Positions 24,136 through 64,000 of a DNA stretch of 64,000 nucleotides are shown one piece after another. A program made the translations under genes and the position numbers. This DNA is from Antedon mediterranea (Eukaryota; Animalia; Echinodermata): assembly GCF_964355755.1 (NCBI RefSeq), contig NC_092671.1, positions 868,001 to 932,000 of the forward strand. Direction: 5' to 3'. The notes beneath the pieces are model-generated. The model was not told where the DNA came from and searched no databases. It worked only from the letters and a program-made list of their open reading frames with translations. Each line of letters starts with the position of its first letter. Within the stretch, counting starts at the first letter, position 1.

Positions 24136-25848
24136 AAAACAAATATTGTATGCACATTTTAATGTTTGCGAGACGAGTAGACTTAAAGCCGACACAGGCA
24201 AGGGTGGGCCTAATAACAATAATACACGGCAAGGAATAACAAAAAAAAGAATACACTATAAAACACACTGTTACCGAATTGATATCGGTAATTCACTCCG
24301 TCATAATGGGCAGAGAAAGAGACGGGAATGCGGGCGGGGGGGGGGGGGGGGGCGAGATGGTCCAGAGGTGAATAAATTCCCTCTCCCAATAAAACAAATG
24401 ACGCCGACGCCCTGAAACCCTCTTACAATTCAATTGTGTCTAACCCATAATTTAGGAATCGTAGACAAGTAGATAAATAACTTTCGACAAAACGTTTAAT
24501 CTTTTCGTAATAATTTAATCCATTTACACATTGCACAAGAATTATACAAAAACAAGTGTCTCCCAGTAGTTCGGCAATTGCATATTACAGAACACACAAT
24601 GCAGCAACGATGAAAAAGTTTGGCATAGAAAAAACGCTTCGTCCAAAATTCTGTTTTTTTTAACATAACATGTGATCATATCTAAGGCATGGTAATTACC
24701 ACATAGTTCGTGAATTTACTGCTTTTCCCGGGAAGTTCCCGTCCGCAACGTGATTCAAACGTTACTCTATCAAACCGTAAATGTATCTCTCCGTCCATCA
24801 AGAAAGTGTCCATCACTGGCGGACGGGAACGCCCCTTTCATATTGACCAGATAAGTGGTGTCCATGTCCATCTATATTATCCTTTTCTTCAATCCCTAAT
24901 ACAGTACATACTATACACGTGACAGCAACTTTCTTAAACTAGGTGGTAAGACACATCTAAATAAACTGTTAAAATTCGGGTCCTATTCAACTACTAAACA
25001 CAGGGTTATCAACAAAATGAAATAAAAAGTATTATTTAACAAGCGGTGACTGCTGAGAGTGAACAGATAGGAATAGTAAATTATCTCTTCTTAAAAAGCA
25101 AATACATGTGATTTAAAATAACGGCTCACTACCGACTTTATTTCGTCATTTTGACCGTCGGATCGTCCAACTTGCTACACCTAACGGTACAACATACACA
25201 AAATGGTTTTCATTTTTAGGCCTACTATAAAACTGTGAACTCATTGATACATCCGTCGTCGATAGAGCCCCATTGCGCATGTGTACGCGGTACTAATTTT
25301 TACCACAGTACTAATTCTGTAGTGGTACTTAACATACCAAGTTGTTTTTTTTAATCCGGGGAATATGAGGATGGTTCTTTTAAGGCATAGCTGTCGACGA
25401 CGGAACTACCTCACTAATTATTATATACCATTATTTCAACAGAAATTATACGAAGCCATCGAAGCAACAAAATGGACGAATACAAAAATACTATCCTCTA
25501 CAAACAGAATAGCATTTTACAATGTTTAAAAACCGATTGTTTAGGCGTATATAATTTTACAGTTTGACATTTACACAATAGTTGTCACAAACGGATACGA
25601 ATATAGAAAAAAAAATAGAAGAGTAAATAAAAAAACCTGAAATCGGAAAGAAATCGAGTTGTTGACAACCAGGCTAGAACAGTACAAAAGGCGTCAGTAT
25701 CTACCACAGTCCATTAATCATGATAACATTGCCATGACTAAAATATTAATAGCAAAAGAAAACACATTAGGGTAATGAATTTTGTAATAAAATAAGGATT
25801 TTTTTCAAACACAAATTAACTTTGGATGGTTAAGAGACCATGTCAACA

Positions 25849-26017
25849 TTATTCCACTGCAGTTACTGCAGTAAATATATTTTTTTTTGCAATCATTTAA
25901 TAAGCTATTCTGGTAATATTTGTTCTACATTGAAACGAACTAAAATCATGCTCTAATGCGAAAATAGCTAGTTACTGCAGCAGGGGCCTGGTTACTGCAG
26001 TAACTGCGGTAGAATAA
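25849..26017. mobile_element. MITE family B, uninterrupted copy
   Basis: ATTATTCCACTGCAGTTACTGCAGTAA ... TTACTGCAGTAACTGCGGTAGAATAAT inverted termini. Confidence 0.7.
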
Positions 26018-28493
26018 TTTAATTATGTATAATTAAGTTATATTTGATATTCTGGTTTGTAGGATAAATGAGAAAACATGTATACTATGCAGTGGGACGA
26101 ACATTACTTAACTAAACATAACAAAATTAAGCCATATTAGCAAGTCAACAATATTGGATGGGTCAAAGGTTACCTGTTCATGAATATTCATAACACAATT
26201 TATTCCCCCAACTACCAATAGCTATTAGAATCAATTCAATAAATCATTAAAACAAACATTTATTCATTTTAAATCTATTTTATAAAATTTGAAAACATTA
26301 CTATGGAAACAGTTTGATTCATATCTACAAAGTTAATTTAATTTTAACTCACAAAATTAAAACAAATAGTTAGGACTATTGAAGGTTGTTACAGTGAATG
26401 ACAAAAGACCATAAATGATAAATAGAGGAACGAGGAGACAGAACAGAGGTACCTCCCTGGAGAGACTAGGAGTTGTAGGATTGCGACGACGATGATTAGT
26501 AAATGACCAGAAGTAACTAACACATTTATGATTTTTGTTGTTGTAGTTTATGACAGTATATGAATTTTTTTAAAGCAACAGATTGGAGACAAGTCTTCTA
26601 GGAGGCCAGGTAGCCACATAGCCGTTAGGGCTAGTGGTGAAATTGGTTATTTTACTCTACAGTAGGTACAAAGCCTCTTGAGACAGAACCACCCTATGAT
26701 AAAAACCCAAAACAACTGAATACTTGTAGCAAACTTACAATCCCGTTCCACATAAACAAGCCTTACAGACAACAAAGACTAAGGGGCCAACGGTCAACAA
26801 AGACTAAGGGGCCAAAGGTCAAAAAGACTAAGGGGACAAAGGTCAACAACGACAAGGCACAGGCGAATAATTTGGTATCTGCACATACATAATCATTACC
26901 TACGATACCCGACATAAAGTGCATACAAATTGACAAGGAGGAAAAGCAAAAATAAATAAGCCTTTGAATTAATTGCACTGAGGCATACACAAACCAGACC
27001 TCTGCGGGGAGCAAATGCCTTCACCATCATGTACACCACATATTGCTGCTTGACACTAAACTTTCACTCGTAAATAAATAACTTAACACCTGAGTTGCCA
27101 AGGGATCATTAACAAGTTCATTTAAAATCATTTTCAATTATATTTCATTTTTGATGGAATTTTTAAAATGGAAATTATTTATACCAAATTCATTTTAAGT
27201 AAATAAAATATTTTAAAACTAGTTTCTACTTCATCATCTGACATTTAAACATGTTTTAAGAATTGATATTTAAGTACAGTCACTTAGAAGACTTAGCGCT
27301 ACATAGCCACTGGATTGGTAGCATACACTCAAAATATACCAACTCTTTTCTCATAATATTATTATTTGGTATTTTAGTCAACATTTATTAAGAGAGTTAT
27401 ATAGATTTGATAATACACCACACTTTTGGTTTTAGTCAAATTAACTAAAATATTTCCCTTATATCGGCAGCTAAGTTCCTGAAATTTGAGACTCATCAAT
27501 TTGAAAGGGATTATATTTATCAAAAGTATTGAATACATTATTTGCAACCACTAGGAAATGTTGGAAGAACTACTAATTAATGTGTGTTCCAAATATTGTA
27601 GCATTTTACAAGTATTGCCTAAAATTACCCCCTAACCCCATCTCACTACTCTTCACAGCAAAGAAATGACTGACTTAATGTAAATAAAAAAAAACACTCT
27701 CACACAATTTATAAATAAAATGACTTTGATATACTATAACACTTATTTTGTGTAAAATATTCCGCACACACATATTCACTAACACACACTCTGTAGACAC
27801 ATTTTATATATACCTATCAACTGACACAATAGAATATCACCTACCATTGAAACATTACAGAAAATAAATTTAGGAGTACAGTACGACCTAGATTGTACGT
27901 TCTTTGGATTTATGAAACAAACGATTTGATTGTAATTGAATATGGTATGTTGTTTTTTGTGTTTTTGATTTAATAAATTAAGAGTTTGTAAATTTTTAGG
28001 ACTACCTGTAAGGTAAACAGAATGTTGCGGCAGCCTTAGTTATAGGATCTACATTTAGAGGTCAGTTTAAGGTCAACCTTGATTTTACAGATGCCATGTT
28101 TGTTGCCATACCGTACGTAAAATCTAGGTCCTACCGTAGACACAAATCCAATATCAGTGTACCATATGTTGAAGCATTTTAACTATTAATATTACAGATA
28201 CATTAGTATTTGTTTATCAAACAATAATTTCATCAACGAAACAAACGTCTACAAAAAAGCGACTTTATATACCAACATGAAAAATGGGTTAAAATCCATC
28301 ATACAAATTATGAGACAAAAAGAAAACATTTTGCACTAGAAGACACTATTGCCATTAATCATGTCGTTAACTTGTATCTATAGCACTAATATAAGAATTA
28401 TACACTCTGGTACACAAAAGCATACAAACTGGTCTTAAAACATAACATGAAAGACATAAATACAAATACTAATTGTTTACAAAAATAAAATCA

Positions 28494-60498
<32,005 letters not shown>

Positions 60499-60709
60499 CT
60501 TTTTGTAACTATATTTTCATAAATCTATGGGAAAACAACATATATTATTAGATTACAAAACACCACATTTTCCTTTTATCATTCCATTTGGTGTATCATC
60601 ATTCCAGAGCTCATTGCTGTCAAGGTGGATTAAGATGTCAAATTTTCAACTATATTTTTCTTAGTGGTAGCATTTCAGATGCTCTCGTCTGTGATAGTGT
60701 AAACTTTTT

Positions 60710-60950
60710 AAACCGGGGTAACCCCTACCTGTCGGGGTAACTCCTACCTGTCGGGGTAACCCCTACCTGTCGGGGTAACTCCTACCTGTCGGGGTAACTC
60801 CTACCTGTCGGGGTAACCCCTACCTGTCGGGGTAACTCCTAACTGTCGGGGTAACTCCTACTTATTCTGAAAGACGTACTAGGTTCTTGAAATGAAGGTG
60901 CACATTTTGTGTACACTGGACCTATGGCTTACATTCCATATCCAACAAGA
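60710..60950 (-). mobile_element. SINE copy containing an internal 19-bp minisatellite (60714-60860, ~8 copies)
   Basis: CGGGGTAAC(C/T)CCTACCTGT units; flank GTGTACACTGGACCTA is near-identical to the reverse complement of the SINE core. Confidence 0.75.
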
Positions 60951-63199
60951 TTTGTCACATTTTCAGATTCATGGAAGAATGGACTTTGAAATTTGGTGGA
61001 GTTGACCCAATATCATACATGTAGATAGGACATAGATCTTAAGAAGATAGTGTAACGAAGTAAGATGATAGAACCAACTTTTCCAAGAGAAGTAGGAACA
61101 GCATCACCACTTTGCTCATGAATGCAAAACTTAATGTAAGAATGTAATGTTTTAAAACTGAACTGCTTTCTATCCAACTACGCCTATCTGATAAAATATC
61201 ATTTTAATGATAATGATATGCATACATTTTAATTGTCATTATATACTGTATGGTTATTAATTAAGTAAACACTTACTTTAACTATAAGCACATGCAATTC
61301 TATCCAGCAGATCAACAACAATGCATTAGCCTAAAATTGGTTACTGCTTACATCCTCAATCGAGTTCCTGTAAAACATAAAAATAATAATGGTGTTTACA
61401 CATACATATTTAATCTTAAGTAAACCATAACAGGTTAAGTTAACAACTTACAATTTATACATACACATTTTATGCATGATATAATATGTTTATGTATGCT
61501 TATTTGTTGCTAAAATTAAATAAACATAACTTGGTTGGATCATGACTTTTTGTCAGTACTCTAACTTAGTATTTGATGCAAGGAACAAGCCTACACACTA
61601 TCCTTGATAAAATTATCATTATGTGTGTCCAATTCGATCCTCAATTTATTTTTGTATTTTAACTCAATGAATTTAGCTCTTGAAACTGAGATAGGGTTTC
61701 ATCATTTTCATAGCTATTATCTCAGGTCAATGTTAAAATAATAACCCAGTTCATATCACACTTAGGGCGTGATAAATTTACTAGATTAGCAAGATGATTT
61801 CGTCGCCATAACTTTGATGTGAACAAGTTATTATGGCGAGATGAAGGAAATGCCTTGACTACGGTCAGTGTCTTCTCGACTGAATAGTAAATCCACTGAC
61901 TAAGTTGTTTTATCAGATCCAGTGAACATACTTTATAGGTTAATGTACAGGAATTGGCTCTGATCTAGTAAATGCATAGCTTAGTAGCGACTGTTGTACA
62001 ATGGCCTAGATCAGATTCAGCGAAAGAACAACTTTATCGGTTAATTCAAAGAAACTGCTTAGTTCTAGTAAATGTATCTTATTAATATTAGCTTAATGTT
62101 GGACAATAGTCTAGATCACATCCAGTAAAGACATACTCTACGAAATTCAGTAAAAAATATATAGAATATTTTGTTGTGAAATAATAGTTCATATTCAGTG
62201 GAAGCATAACGTCTGAGGCTATTACTAAAAAATAGTTCAGTTGAAAAATAATAAATTTGCGAGATGTATAGATTAAATGAGGTATGAATGTGTGTGATAT
62301 GACGTACATCACAAGGTCATAATCACCTTGATAGTATAGATAGCATTCATAAGCTGTATTGCAATGACATCAGACAGAGTTGTAAAGAAACTGTATTCAC
62401 AACATATTTTATTATTAGCATAATAGTGACAAGAAAAATAAACAAACAAGTGACTGATTACATAAAATGATGCAAGCAAAAACATTCTTTAAAATCAATA
62501 TTTCAAGTCAAACAATAAGGGATTAAAAATATAATAATAGACTTGTGAGGATTAAAAGTATATTACACATGAATTTACAGAATATGTTGTACATCCATCC
62601 TCTTAAACTGTTATTTTTTTATGGAAATAAAAGTGATTTTATTTCAAACGAACATACAGGGTACATAGGATTAAAAACAAAACACAGGATTAAGCCCATA
62701 CTCCACATGGGATCAACAAATATTACACATGGGATTAAACCATAGAGATATTATAGTGAACTATAATATCTCTATGATTAAACGTATATTACACATAGGA
62801 TTAAAAGTATATTTCACAATGGATTAAAAACATACTGCACATGGGTCTTAACATAATATTGCCTAATCCGTAGTCGTTTCATTATTTATATACAGATAAT
62901 ACAGTAATTAACCAAGCCCTATATCAAAACAATTTTGATTAATAATGTATTTAGTAGACCTATAAATGTAGTGATAACTATCATATCTAATTAAAGTCAT
63001 TGGATTTGCAAATTTGTTTGAAAGGTTATTTCTTACAGAAATTAATGATTGTGTTTTTAAAAGTTTAAAAAGCTCTTACAATGGTCGTTTCACACCAGAG
63101 AAACTCTGCAATAAACTATCCAAATGTCAATGACTTAGACGAATGCTAAGGTGAGAAGAAACTAATAAAATACACAAAGTTGGTGTTGCTAGTCTGCTC

Positions 63200-63260
63200 A
63201 GTGGCGGATCTAGGGGGGGGGGGGGGTTTGAATAGGGTGGCTAGCCAACCCCCACCTTAA
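63200..63260 (+). mobile_element. hAT-like MITE/transposon terminus
   Basis: CAGTGGCGGATCTAGGGGGG...GGGTGGCTAGCCAACCCC is a typical hAT-type terminal motif; partner end not found in the window. Confidence 0.45.
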
Positions 63261-64000
63261 TTCTAAAAAAAAAAGGAAAAATGGATGCAATCAACTCGCG
63301 ACCGCGTCGCTAGACGTAGATTCGACGCACCTGACTCTTTTAATTAAGAAGAGTAGGCTAGGCCTAGAGCTAGGGTAGCATTATAGATGTGTAAATTGGC
63401 CTACATAGTGAAAGAGCTAAAAGAGTTTAATTACTATTTATGAATTCAAGAGTTTAAAAAGAAAACGCAATTTAAAATCTTTGGAAAATACGCACAACCG
63501 AGTTATTTTCAAAACACACACACTTCCTCCTACTACCAGCATCACGTTGTCTAGCTCGCTCCTTGTGTGAATGCTGACGTCATCACTCTAAAAAAATACA
63601 CCATTTTTTATTTCAGTTAATTATCGCCATAATCCGTGTGTGCAAGCGTTAGCGCGTGGAATATCTACACCCCTGTACAGAGTGGAGTGTATTATCGTGA
63701 ACTTTCTTCTTGTGTATGAAGGTTTTTTATATAATAAATGGTATGCAGTATAAACAATAAAAATAAACAAGAAACATGGTGTTCTTTTATTATTTTATAG
63801 GCTTAAAATAAACATGAAATAAAGTGTGTGGCGTATTTGGCGTTTATTGATTTGTGTTATAGACAGGGCGATTACTGCAATCATTGTATATTATTAATTA
63901 AATTACATTGAGTTATTCACCCGGCTGTAGGGTATATATCTGCGGTTAACAGACCACCAAAACACAACAGTACACAACAAGCACTATCGAGGCATTTTCG

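Noticed and set aside
25100-25290. Alternative upstream MLC promoter/exon (TGCGCATG motif, GTGAG donor)
   Set aside because: Its ATG is followed by a stop after three codons, and nothing else supports it without transcript data.

Overview
AT-rich animal (invertebrate, probably deuterostome/echinoderm-like; taxon is inference) genomic DNA with spliceosomal introns, so most ORF-track entries are spurious or exon fragments. I assembled four intron-containing genes by reading GT/AG junctions and checking phase. (1) The 5' part of a DCC/neogenin-like Ig-superfamily receptor (- strand, runs off the window start). (2) A compact CUB-domain single-pass membrane protein with a Cys cluster and two PPxY motifs (+). 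(3) A complete myosin essential light chain (-). (4) A ~1100-aa R3H+SUZ RNA-binding protein of the R3HDM1/2-ARPP21/encore family (-, ~32 kb). The R3HDM-like gene holds an intact Rex1/Babar-type LINE, several minisatellites (one 3.8 kb), SINE copies, candidate microexons and a structured double-motif hairpin. The rest is dense in MITEs and non-autonomous DNA transposons, including a mirror-symmetric nest at 10.9-16.6 kb. I see no unambiguous new multi-gene system; the best leads are non-coding or RNA-level.
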